Notes: generated by a model from the sequence alone, not told the origin. Counted from the stretch's first letter, positions 11,401 through 19,685 are shown. The stretch: DNA of 64,000 nt from Bradymonadia bacterium (GCA_046290225.1 JBKAGE010000036.1:64001-128000), one strand, 5' to 3'. A program made the numbers and translations.

Positions 11401-14400
11401 CTCGATGACAACTCGGTGAAGTGTTGGGGTTACAACAACGGTGGCCAGCTCGGCCTCGGTGATACAGCCAACCGCGGCGACAACGCCGACGAGATGGGGG
11501 ATGATCTCGCACCTGCGAAGATCCTCTCCATTGGTCGGGCGCCGGCGTACACCTTCTCGGGTGCCACCCACACCTGCGTGGCCTACGACGACGGCAACGT
11601 AAAGTGCTGGGGCAGCAACGGCAGCGGTCGCCTCGGTTATGGCGACTCGTTGAGCCGCGGTGACGCCACTGGTGGTGCCGGTGACGATCTCGACGGCATC
11701 GCCCTGGGCACTGGCCGCACCGCGGTCCAGCTCTCTGTGGGCTATCACCACGTGTGTGCACTGCTCGACGACAACAGCGTCAAGTGCTGGGGCCGAAACG
11801 ATCTCGGCCAGCTGGGTCAGGGCAGCAACACTCAGCGGGGCGACGGCATCAACGAGATGGGCGACAACCTCGCCGCCGTCGATCTCGGCACTGACGGCGG
11901 CAACCCCCTCGTGGTGAGCCAGCTGATCTCCGGTGCCCACCACAACTGCGTGCGGTTCAATGACGGCCGGGTGAAGTGCTGGGGTTATAACGTCTACGGT
12001 CAGCTCGGCATCGAGAACAACAGCAACCGCGGCACCAGCGCCACCCACATGGGCGACAACCTCGCCTTCGTCGATCTCGGCACCGGCCGCACCGCCACCC
12101 ACATCGAGGCGGGCTACCATCACACCTGCGCCACCCTCGACGACGAGACGGTGAAGTGCTGGGGCTACAACAACGGCGGCCAGCTCGGTCGCGGTGACAC
12201 CCACAACCGCGGCGACAACGCCAGCGAGATGGGTGACGATCTCGAGACGGTGAAGCTGTTCTTCCACCGGCCTCCGGTGGCCACCGCTGGCGGCAACACC
12301 CACAGCTGCATGGTGTTCAATGACGGCAACATCAAGTGTTGGGGCAGCAACAGCAACGGCCGCCTCGGCTACGGTGACACCCTCAGCCGCGGCGACAACA
12401 CCGGTGGGCTCAGTGATGATCTCGAGCCCATCGATCTCGGCACTGGGATCACGGCCACCGACGTCGCCGTGGGCTACTACCACGCATGTGCCTTGCTCGC
12501 CGACAACCAGGTGAAGTGCTGGGGCTACAACGCATATGGCCAGCTCGGCTTTGGCGGTACAGCCCAGACCGGCGACAGCCTCAACGAGATGGGCGACAAC
12601 CTCGGCCATGCCCTCCTCGGCACCGACAACGGCAACCCGTTGCAGGTGTCACAGCTCGTCTCCGGCAACCACCACATGTGTGCTCTCTTCGGCGGCACAG
12701 CCGCTGGCCAGGTGAAGTGCTGGGGCTACAACGGCCATGGTCAGCTCGGTTACGGCAACACCAACCACCGCGGTGATGGTGGCGTCGGCGAGCTCGGCGA
12801 CAACCTGCCCTTCGTCGATCTCGGTACGGGGCGCTCGGCCACCTTCCTCACCGCTGGGGCCAACCACACCTGCGCAGTGCTCGACAATGCGCGGGTGAAG
12901 TGCTGGGGCTACAACGGCAACGGCCAGCTCGGCCTGCTCGACACGGTGAGCCGCGGTGACGGCGCCGACGAGATGGGCGACAACCTCGAGTACGCCAAGA
13001 TCCCCACCAGCCGCCCAGTGGTGGCCCTGAGCGCCGGCGACAACCACACCTGCGCCATCTACGACAATGGCACCTCGAAGTGCTGGGGCAGCAACAGCAA
13101 CGGCCGTCTCGGCTATGGCGACACGCTCAGCCGGGGTGACAACAGCGGCGGTCTCGGCGACGATCTCGATCCTGTGGCCCTGGGCACCAACGCCCAAGGC
13201 GATCCCCTGCTCGCGACTCAGGTGGCGGCGGGCTACACCCACAGCTGCGCCCTGCTCGACAACGGCCGGGTGAAGTGCTGGGGCTACAACGGTTATGGCA
13301 ACCTCGGCACCGGCAACACCACTCAGTACGGCGACAGCGCCAACGAGATGGGCGACAACCTGCCCTTCGTGGACCTCGGCACCGACAACCAGGGGGACCC
13401 ACTGCTCGCCACCAAGGTCACTGCTGGCACCTACTTCAGCTGCGCGCTGCTGGAGAACAACACGGCGAAGTGCTGGGGCTATAACGGCCACGGTCAGATG
13501 GCCCAAGGCGACACCAACCACCGCGGTGATGCCGGTGCCTCGGAGCTCGGCGACAACCTGCCGGCCATCAACTTCGGCACCGGTCTCTATCCCGTGGACA
13601 TCGAGGCGTACTACTACCACGCCTGCGCCACCCTCAACGACGACACGGTGAAGTGCTGGGGCTACAACGCCCATGGCCAGCTCGGTCTGCTCGAGACCAA
13701 CAGCCGGGGTGACATCGTGCAGGAGATTGGCGACGGCATGGAGCGGCCGAAGATCATCTTCGATCGCGACGTGGTTCAAGTCATCCCAGGCTATCTGAGC
13801 ACCTGTGTGCGATTCGACGACGGCAACGTGAAGTGCTGGGGCAACAACGGCAACGGCCAGCTGCTCCAGGGCGACACGCTCAGCCGGGGCGACAACAGCG
13901 GCGGCCTCGGCGACGATCTCGAGCCTATCGATCTCGGCTTCAACAGCCAGGGGCAGCGACACACAGTCTCTCAGGTGACCACCGGCTACCTGTTCACCTG
14001 TGCGCTGCTCGACGATGGCAACGTGAAGTGCTGGGGTTACAACGGCAACGGCCAGCTCGGCCTCGGTCACACCAGCACCCGCGGCAACAGCCAGAACCAG
14101 ATGGGCGACAACCTGCCCTATGTCGACCTCGGCACCGGGCGCACCGCCACCCGCATCGAGGCGGGCTACTATCACGTGTGTGCCCAGCTCGATAACGACG
14201 AGGTGAAGTGTTGGGGCCACAACAGCAGCGGCCGCCTCGGCCAGGGGAACACCACCCAGCGGGGTGACGGCGCCAACGAGATGGGCGACAACCTCGCCGC
14301 AGTGTCGTACGGCGACGGACTCCAGTCGAAGGCTGTGCGCATCGGCTCCTACCACGGCTGCAGCATCGTCGAAGACAACGAGGGCACCACCACTGGGGTG

Positions 14401-17334
14401 AAGTGCTGGGGCTACAACGCCCATGGTCAGCTCGGTGTGCTGGCCACGGATCACCGCGGTGACGCCGCGGATGAGATGGGTGACGATCTCGAGTACGCCA
14501 AGATCCCCATGGATCGCGAAGTGGTCGACCTTGCCCTCGGCGAGTACCACAGCTGTGTGCGCCTCGCGGACGGCAATGTGAAGTGCTGGGGCTACAACGG
14601 CAACGGCCAGCTCGGCTACGGTGACACCCGATCCCGCGGCGACACCAGCGGTGGCATCGGGCGAGATTTGCCCACGGTGGATCTCGGCGACGGCGTGGTC
14701 GTGGTCTCGGTGGCTCAAGGCTACCGACACACCTGCGCCCTCACCGAAGAGGGTCTCGTGAAGTGCTGGGGTTACAACGGCAACGGCCAGCTCGGCCAGG
14801 GCCACTCAAGCAACCGCGGCAATTCCCGGAGCCACATGGGCGACAACCTGCCCTATGTCGATCTCGGCACGGATCGCACGGCGATCTCCATCACCGCGGG
14901 CTACAGCCACACCTGCGCATTGCTGGACAACAACCGGGTGAAGTGCTGGGGCTACAACGGACACGGCAACCTTGGCCAGGGCAACACCACCCAGCGCGGC
15001 GACGGCAGCAACGAGATGGGTGACAACCTCGCCTACACTGATCTCGGAGATGGCTTCGCTGCCACGGCCATCAGCGCCGGCGACTACCACACCTGTGCGA
15101 TCTTGAACGACGGCGCGGTGAAGTGCTGGGGCTACAACGGCAACGGCAGCCTCGGCCTCGGCAACACCGCCTACCGCGGTGACGGCGCCAACGAGATGGG
15201 CAACAACCTGCCTGCTGTGGATCTCGGCACTGGCCGCACGGCGCAGTTCATCTCCTCCGGCGGCTATCACACCTGCGCGGTGCTCGACGACAACAGCGTC
15301 AAGTGCTGGGGGTACAACGGCCACGGCAACCTCGGCCAGGGCAACACCACCCAGCGCGGCGACGGCAGCAACGAGATGGGCGATGCCCTGTTGGTGACCG
15401 ATCTGGGGCCGAACCGTCGGGCCCTCGCCATCAGCGCCGGCACCTATCACACCTGCGTCATCCTCGACAGCGGCGACACCAAGTGCTGGGGCTACAACGG
15501 CTATGGTCAGCTCGGCACTGGCAACACCAGCTACTACGGCGACAGCGCCAACGAGATGGGCGACAACCTGCCTGCCGTCAACCTCGGCGCCGGTCGCACC
15601 GCCCAGTCGGTCATGGCCCACGTGAACCACAGCTGCGCCGCCCTCGACGACAACAGCGTCAAGTGCTGGGGCCGCAACAACTACGGCCAGCTCGGCCAGG
15701 GCAGCACCCAGCAGATCGACAACAGCGTCGAGTTCGGCGACAACCTCGTCGCCGTGGATCTCGGCCTCGACACCATCGACCCCCGCAACGCCCTCAACAA
15801 CGGCAACCCCGTACCCTGTGACGACACGGATGAGGACGGCATCTGCGATGGCGGTGACAACTGCCCGCTGGTGGCCAACCTCGACCAGGCTGATCGGGAC
15901 TTCGACGGCATCGGCAACGTCTGCGACGTGTGCCCCGATGATGCGTTGAACGACGGGGACAACGACGGTCACTGTGGCTCGGTGGACAACTGCCCCGTCA
16001 TCGCCAACGCCGATCAGGCCAACGCGGACGGAGATGCCTTCGGTGATGTCTGCGACGCGTGCACCTTCGACGCCGACAACGACATCGACGCCGACGGCAT
16101 CTGCGGCGACGTGGACAACTGCCCCACGCTGTCCAACCCCGACCAGCGGGACGACGACGGCAACGGTCTCGGCGATGCCTGTGTAGCCACCGACGCCGAG
16201 ATCGGTCCCGACACCAACATCCACCCCTCGGTCATCATCAGCTCCGGCTGTGTCATCGGGAATGCAGTGCAGATCGGCGCCAACACGCTGCTCAAGCCCA
16301 ACTGCCGCCTCGACAGCAACGTGGTGGTGGGGGCTGACGTGGTCATCGGCATCAGCACTCACCTGCACGCCTACGCCAGCGTCGGTGACGGGTCCAACAT
16401 CGGCGACGGCGCCGAGATCGGCCAGTTCAGCCACTTTGGCGCCAACACGCTGGTGGCGGCAGACGTGGCCATCGGCCGCCGGGTCACCGTGGGTGACAAC
16501 GCCCAGATCGCCGGCACCATGGGCAACTCCATCGGCATCGGCGACGACTTCATCCTCGGCGCTGGCTCCGACTGGCAGAACAACATGACCGCTGGGGATC
16601 GGGTGACGATCGGCGCCAACTCGGTCATCGAGTCGAACACCCGCATCGGCAACGATGTGGTCATCGGCGACGAAGGCTTCGCGGGTGACTACACCACCAT
16701 CGAGAGCGATGTGACCTTCGGTGTGAGGGCCTACCTCGCCGACGGTACCGAGATCGGTAACCGGGTGGTCACTGGGGACGACTTCGAGTCTCGAGGCTTC
16801 GTCCGCGACGACATCACCGCCGGCGACAATGTCTTCATCGGCGTACAGGGCACCGTGAGCCCTGGTGCCCAGCTCGCCGACAACAGCTCGGTGAGCAACT
16901 ACGCCACCGTGGGCCCCGACGCGGTGCTCGCCGCCGACGTACGTGTCTACGACCGCGCAGTGGTGGGTGCCCGGGTCAACCTCGGCGCCAACACTGTGGT
17001 GCTCTTCAACGCTCAGATAGGCGACGACTTCACCATGGGCTCCGACGGCATCATCGATGATGGATCCATCGTCGGTGACAACTGCACCTTCGGCACCAAC
17101 AGCCGGGTCTGGCCCTACGTCACCATCGGCGACAACGGCAACTTCGGCTCTGGGGTGATCATCGGCCTGAACGCCGAGGTGGGCGTCGACGCCCTCTTCG
17201 AGAACAACGTCACCGTGTGGGCCGAGACGGTCATCGGGGATCGCGTGATTCTGCGTCAGGGCTCCGAGGTTCGCTACCAGGCCACCGTGGCCAGCGACGC
17301 CGAGGTGGGCGCCAACCAGATCGTCGAGCGCTGA
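5470..17334 (+). CDS. Giant secreted protein: 56 RCC1-like repeats + TSP3-like Ca-binding repeats + long hexapeptide (left-handed beta-helix) domain
   Basis: ATG 5470 with GAGGA upstream; signal-peptide-like N-terminus. 56 ~60-aa repeats GxxHxC-x8-KCWGxNxxGQLG (5605-15770). DxDxDGxxDxCD repeats at 15817-16182. [LIV]G-x4 hexapeptides at 16183-17331. Confidence 0.92.
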   Translation: MFNLNSGSSGRAWRVALMLVGGFAASAPMTVSAEHQCVVQVDGTVKCWGLNNYGQLGQGDSHNRGTESPEMYDALLDINLGTGRTSTQLEANLNSTCAILDDGGVKCWGYNGYGQLGHGNTTQRGDGSNETGDNLPYTDLGTDGQGNDLDATDLAMGDRHVCAVLNNGGVKCWGNNGSGRLGQGNTTQRGDGANEMGDNLAYTALGTGYTATQIDAFTTHTCAVLNTGELKCWGYNNYGQLGQGDTSARGTQQPEMFGALGDINLGTGRTATHVAQGNTHACAILDDGTLKCWGYNGYGQLGQNNTTQLGDGANETGDNLPTVDLGTGRSATQVTLADRHSCAILDDGSVKCWGYNGHGQLGQGNTTQRGDGANEMGDNLTTVDLGTGRTAAQIDANYYHTCALLDDGTVKCWGYNSNGQLGQGDTRNRGTQAPEMNSALGDIDLGSGTSVVSLEAGANYSCAILDDNSLKCWGYNGYGNLGQGNTTQRGDGANEMGDNLAVTDLGTGRTATDVGAGLYHACARLDDGSVKCWGYNNYGQLGQGNTTQRGDGANEMGDNLVAVDLGTGRTATAVDAFSSTSCAVLDDGSVKCWGYNGYGQLGQEDTLSRGNQQPEMYDALLDVDLGTGRTVSKVEGGEAFSCAVLDDGSVKCWGYNGYGNLGQGNTTQRGDGANEMGDNLAVTDLGTGRTATDVGLGRYHACALLDDGSVKCWGYNGYGQLGQGNTTQRGDGANEMGDNLVAVDLGTGRTATAVDAMGDFSCALLDDGSVKCWGYNGYGNLGQEDTLSRGTQQPEMYGALDDVNLGTGRTVQHAAVGNRHNCVILDDDTVKCWGYNGYGNLGQGNTSARGDSATEMGDNLAVTDLGTGRTAQQLAAGEDHACALLDDNSIKCWGRNNYGQLGQGNTTQRGDGANEMGDNLAAVDLGVGRTATAIDARGGQTCAILDTGDMKCWGYNGYGQLGQGDTNARGNTLPERFGFIDDVDVGTGRTLQQVETSGQHICALLDDGQVKCWGYNAQGQLGLNTTGNRGDSVSELGDNLAYAILGNDPQGSPWTATDIGAGYRHSCALLSNGEVKCWGHNNYGQLGIGNTTQTGDNANEMGDNLATVDLGTGRTATDIDVRFSTTCATLDTGDMKCWGYNGYGQLGQGDTNSRGTQPEEMFDSLEDINVGTGRTFDWIETGGYFTCGLLDNDLLKCWGRNNRGQLAQGNSTTRGDGTNEMGDNLAYASLGTGRTVQSVGTGLQHACALLDNGQVKCWGYNGHGNLGLGNTTYIGDAVSEIGDNMQAVDLGTGRTATQLWVGPYHSCARLNTGETKCWGLNNYGQLGYGDTAYRGDGGNEMGDNLPAVDVGTGRTIVEMALGQQHSCARLDNGTVKCWGRNNFGNLGQGNTTTRGDGANEMGDNLAITNLGTGRTATHIEAGYYHTCAILDNGDTKCWGYNNQGQLGYGNTTSLGTNAGHMGDGLAAVDLGTGLTAVSLGAFGSHTCAVLSDATVKCWGENNNGELGIGTTDNRGDAANEMGDNLPRARIPADTAVVQVSGGYNQTCARYADGTGKCWGYNGYGLLGYEDTVQRGDISYAVGDELPSIDLGTGRTVAQSSVGYHHVCALLDDNSIKCWGRNDLGQLGQGNNTQRGDGANEMGDNLAAVDLGTDNGTPFVVTKLVSGHYHNCALFNDGRAKCWGYNNSGQLGIESTSTRGTSATHMGDNLAFVNVGAGRTITDIDAGGNHTCATLDDNTVKCWGENNNGELNLGSSDNRGDGANEMGDNLLTADIIYDRPLAGVIAGENHSCAIFNDGNMQCWGYNGHGQLLRGDTTQIGDLGYAIADDLRPILLGTGRTVSAVSMGTHHTCALLDDNTVKCWGRNDLGQLGQGNNTQRGDGINEMGDNLAAVDLGTDGGVPFVISQLVSGDHHNCVRFNDGRVKCWGYNVYGQLGIENNSNRGTSATHMGDNLAFVDLGTGRTATHIEAGHNHTCATLDDNSVKCWGYNNGGQLGLGDTANRGDNADEMGDDLAPAKILSIGRAPAYTFSGATHTCVAYDDGNVKCWGSNGSGRLGYGDSLSRGDATGGAGDDLDGIALGTGRTAVQLSVGYHHVCALLDDNSVKCWGRNDLGQLGQGSNTQRGDGINEMGDNLAAVDLGTDGGNPLVVSQLISGAHHNCVRFNDGRVKCWGYNVYGQLGIENNSNRGTSATHMGDNLAFVDLGTGRTATHIEAGYHHTCATLDDETVKCWGYNNGGQLGRGDTHNRGDNASEMGDDLETVKLFFHRPPVATAGGNTHSCMVFNDGNIKCWGSNSNGRLGYGDTLSRGDNTGGLSDDLEPIDLGTGITATDVAVGYYHACALLADNQVKCWGYNAYGQLGFGGTAQTGDSLNEMGDNLGHALLGTDNGNPLQVSQLVSGNHHMCALFGGTAAGQVKCWGYNGHGQLGYGNTNHRGDGGVGELGDNLPFVDLGTGRSATFLTAGANHTCAVLDNARVKCWGYNGNGQLGLLDTVSRGDGADEMGDNLEYAKIPTSRPVVALSAGDNHTCAIYDNGTSKCWGSNSNGRLGYGDTLSRGDNSGGLGDDLDPVALGTNAQGDPLLATQVAAGYTHSCALLDNGRVKCWGYNGYGNLGTGNTTQYGDSANEMGDNLPFVDLGTDNQGDPLLATKVTAGTYFSCALLENNTAKCWGYNGHGQMAQGDTNHRGDAGASELGDNLPAINFGTGLYPVDIEAYYYHACATLNDDTVKCWGYNAHGQLGLLETNSRGDIVQEIGDGMERPKIIFDRDVVQVIPGYLSTCVRFDDGNVKCWGNNGNGQLLQGDTLSRGDNSGGLGDDLEPIDLGFNSQGQRHTVSQVTTGYLFTCALLDDGNVKCWGYNGNGQLGLGHTSTRGNSQNQMGDNLPYVDLGTGRTATRIEAGYYHVCAQLDNDEVKCWGHNSSGRLGQGNTTQRGDGANEMGDNLAAVSYGDGLQSKAVRIGSYHGCSIVEDNEGTTTGVKCWGYNAHGQLGVLATDHRGDAADEMGDDLEYAKIPMDREVVDLALGEYHSCVRLADGNVKCWGYNGNGQLGYGDTRSRGDTSGGIGRDLPTVDLGDGVVVVSVAQGYRHTCALTEEGLVKCWGYNGNGQLGQGHSSNRGNSRSHMGDNLPYVDLGTDRTAISITAGYSHTCALLDNNRVKCWGYNGHGNLGQGNTTQRGDGSNEMGDNLAYTDLGDGFAATAISAGDYHTCAILNDGAVKCWGYNGNGSLGLGNTAYRGDGANEMGNNLPAVDLGTGRTAQFISSGGYHTCAVLDDNSVKCWGYNGHGNLGQGNTTQRGDGSNEMGDALLVTDLGPNRRALAISAGTYHTCVILDSGDTKCWGYNGYGQLGTGNTSYYGDSANEMGDNLPAVNLGAGRTAQSVMAHVNHSCAALDDNSVKCWGRNNYGQLGQGSTQQIDNSVEFGDNLVAVDLGLDTIDPRNALNNGNPVPCDDTDEDGICDGGDNCPLVANLDQADRDFDGIGNVCDVCPDDALNDGDNDGHCGSVDNCPVIANADQANADGDAFGDVCDACTFDADNDIDADGICGDVDNCPTLSNPDQRDDDGNGLGDACVATDAEIGPDTNIHPSVIISSGCVIGNAVQIGANTLLKPNCRLDSNVVVGADVVIGISTHLHAYASVGDGSNIGDGAEIGQFSHFGANTLVAADVAIGRRVTVGDNAQIAGTMGNSIGIGDDFILGAGSDWQNNMTAGDRVTIGANSVIESNTRIGNDVVIGDEGFAGDYTTIESDVTFGVRAYLADGTEIGNRVVTGDDFESRGFVRDDITAGDNVFIGVQGTVSPGAQLADNSSVSNYATVGPDAVLAADVRVYDRAVVGARVNLGANTVVLFNAQIGDDFTMGSDGIIDDGSIVGDNCTFGTNSRVWPYVTIGDNGNFGSGVIIGLNAEVGVDALFENNVTVWAETVIGDRVILRQGSEVRYQATVASDAEVGANQIVER
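5570..15770 (+). repeat. Intragenic ~180-bp repeat array (56 units) with ~540-bp then ~730-bp super-periods
   Basis: The KCWG codons recur every 180-201 nt. Several super-units are nearly identical at DNA level (6901-7440 vs 7441-7980; about 11040-11460 vs 11775-12195). Confidence 0.9.
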
Positions 17335-17448
17335 TGTCGGGGCCGCTCGCGCCCTGACCCCCTCCGACAGCATCTCTTCTCAAGGCACAGCCGGGTCATG
17401 TTAGGTTGCCCCGTCTGTTGATCTGCCCAGTCACGAGAAGAGCCTCCC

Positions 17449-19443
17449 ATGGACGACACCACTCTCGCAGCCGCCCTCGCGGGCACCCCCTACGCTGGCG
17501 ATTTGCCCGGCCTCGACGCACTCATCGCCGGCGTGCATGCCGCCCCCCGGCCACGGGATCCCAGAGCCTGGATGGTTCTGGCAGGCGTCGATCCGACGAG
17601 CGAAGCCGCTGATCATCTGCAGGCCCGCTTCGAGGCGCTGACTCCCGCAGCCATCGAGGCCCCCTCGCCTGCAGCCCGCGTGGAGGCCCTGCGAGCGGCC
17701 ATGAGTGCCCGTGATCTCGCAGGCTTCGTCATCCCCCGGGCTGACGCCCACCAGGGGGAGTATGTACCTTCCTGCGCCGAGCGCCTCGCCTGGCTCACGG
17801 ACTTTACGGGCTCTGCCGGGGCCGCGGTGGTGCTTCGAGAGAAGGCGGCAGTCTTCGTCGACGGTCGATACACCCTTCAGGTCACCGATCAGGTCGATCT
17901 CGATCTGTTCGAGACGCTGCACCTCATCAATGATCCCCACGTGCGTTGGGCCGCAGATCAGCTGAGCGCTGGCGATCGCCTGGGGTACGATCCACGCCTG
18001 CACACGCTGAGCTGGATCGAGCGGGCCACGGCCACCCTCGAGGCCGTCGGCGCCACCCTGGTTCCCGTGGACGCCAACCTGGTGGACGAGGCCTGGGGTG
18101 ATGCCCGACCACCGGCCCCCATCTCTCCGGTCATCTCACAGAGCATCGAGCTCGCTGGCGAGTCGAGCGCGGACAAGCGGGTGGCCATCGGCGAAGCCCT
18201 CGCCCTGGCGAAGATCCCGGCGGACGCCACCGTGCTCACCCGACCAGAGTCCATCGCATGGCTGCTCAACGTCCGCGGCGCCGATGTGCCGCGTACACCA
18301 CTGCCCTTGTCATACGCCATCGTGCGCAGCACCGGCGCAGTGCAGTGGTTCATCGATCCCCGCAAGCTCACCCCTGCTGTCACCGAAGGCCTCGACGCCG
18401 AGGTCACAGTGCACCCCATCGAGGATCTCGGCTCTGCCCTTCAAGCCCTCGGCGGGACCGTGCAGGTCGACCCGGCTCAGGACAGCGGCTGGATCGGCGA
18501 TCACCTCCGTGCCGGTGGGGCCACCCTGAGCAAGGCTCAAGATCCGACCCTGATGCCCAAGGCCACCAAGAACGCCGCGGAGCAGGCGGGCACCCGGGCT
18601 GCGCACCTGAGAGACGGCGTGGCGCTGGTGAAGTTCCTCGCCTGGATCGACGCCCACGGCCCCTCGGGTTCGATCACCGAGCTTCAGGCCGTGGATCAGT
18701 TGTACGCCTTCAGGGCCGAGAGCGAGCTGCTGCGGGATCTCAGCTTCGACACCATCTCGGGCAGCGGCCCCAACGGCGCCATCGTGCACTACCGGGTCAC
18801 CGAAGAGAGCGATCGCCCCCTGGGACCCGGAGAGCTGTACCTCGTGGACAGCGGCGCTCAGTACCCTGACGGCACCACCGACGTGACCCGCACTGTGGCC
18901 ATCGGCGAGCCCACGGACGAGATGCGGCACCGATTCACCCGGGTACTGCAGGGGCACATCGCTCTGGGCTGCGCCTGCTTCCCCGAAGGCACCACGGGCA
19001 GTCACCTCGACGTGCTGGCCCGTATGCCGCTCTGGCGCGATGGTCTCGATTACGATCACGGCACGGGTCACGGCGTGGGCAGCTACCTCTCGGTGCACGA
19101 GGGGCCTCAACGCATCTCTCAGCGAATGAGCACCGTGCCATTGCAGGTGGGCATGATCTGCTCCAACGAGCCAGGCTTCTATCAGACCGACGGCTACGGC
19201 ATCCGCATCGAGAACCTGGTGCTGGTGGTGCCTGCCGAGGGGCTGCTGGGCGATCGGGCGATGCTGAGCTTCGAGACCCTGACCCTGGCGCCGATCGATC
19301 GACGCCTCATCGACACCGCGATGCTCACCGAGAGCGAGCGGGCATGGGTCGACGCCTATCACGCTCGGGTGCGTGAGGCCCTCAGCCCCCACCTCGACGC
19401 AGAGACGGTGCGCTGGCTCGAGGCGGCCACTCAGGCGCTGTGA
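17449..19443 (+). CDS. Aminopeptidase P family (M24B, Xaa-Pro aminopeptidase)
   Basis: DAHQGEY, FTGSAG, DGRY, DSGAQYxDGTTD, HGTGHGVG, VHEGP, SNEPG and GIRIEN motifs. Confidence 0.93.
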   Translation: MDDTTLAAALAGTPYAGDLPGLDALIAGVHAAPRPRDPRAWMVLAGVDPTSEAADHLQARFEALTPAAIEAPSPAARVEALRAAMSARDLAGFVIPRADAHQGEYVPSCAERLAWLTDFTGSAGAAVVLREKAAVFVDGRYTLQVTDQVDLDLFETLHLINDPHVRWAADQLSAGDRLGYDPRLHTLSWIERATATLEAVGATLVPVDANLVDEAWGDARPPAPISPVISQSIELAGESSADKRVAIGEALALAKIPADATVLTRPESIAWLLNVRGADVPRTPLPLSYAIVRSTGAVQWFIDPRKLTPAVTEGLDAEVTVHPIEDLGSALQALGGTVQVDPAQDSGWIGDHLRAGGATLSKAQDPTLMPKATKNAAEQAGTRAAHLRDGVALVKFLAWIDAHGPSGSITELQAVDQLYAFRAESELLRDLSFDTISGSGPNGAIVHYRVTEESDRPLGPGELYLVDSGAQYPDGTTDVTRTVAIGEPTDEMRHRFTRVLQGHIALGCACFPEGTTGSHLDVLARMPLWRDGLDYDHGTGHGVGSYLSVHEGPQRISQRMSTVPLQVGMICSNEPGFYQTDGYGIRIENLVLVVPAEGLLGDRAMLSFETLTLAPIDRRLIDTAMLTESERAWVDAYHARVREALSPHLDAETVRWLEAATQAL

Positions 19444-19451
19444 CCCGAGAG

Positions 19452-19685
19452 TTACGCGCTCTCCTCGAAGATCAGCTCCGAGTCGGGGTGATGTGGGCAC
19501 TGCCACCTCGGGGTCTCCCCATCGGCGGCGATGTTTTGAGCGGGGTTGAGGCACGCCATGCAGACGGGGGCCGTGGGTTTGGGGACCTCGGGGCGCCCGG
19601 GCCAGCTGATGCCCACCATCTCGACGAATTGCCCCCAGAGACCCAACTTCTGCTCGCTCACCGTGTCCTCCGTAGAGTTCCCCAC
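19452..19685 (-). CDS. Small hypothetical protein with possible Zn-binding motif
   Basis: CMAC...WQCPHH; 77 aa between convergent and divergent genes; start uncertain. Confidence 0.45.
   Translation of the reverse strand: MGNSTEDTVSEQKLGLWGQFVEMVGISWPGRPEVPKPTAPVCMACLNPAQNIAADGETPRWQCPHHPDSELIFEESA

Noticed and set aside
5570..15770. Regular DNA repeats suggesting a CRISPR array or a DGR template/variable repeat pair
   Set aside because: The repeats are in-frame 180-bp coding units varying mostly at synonymous sites. There are no spacers, cas genes or reverse transcriptase, and no adenine-specific pattern was evident.
5617..17373. Very long minus-strand ORFs (688, 453, 802, 718, 855 aa) opposite the giant gene
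   Set aside because: These are antisense shadows of a GC3-biased repetitive gene; they mirror its periodicity and have no independent motifs.
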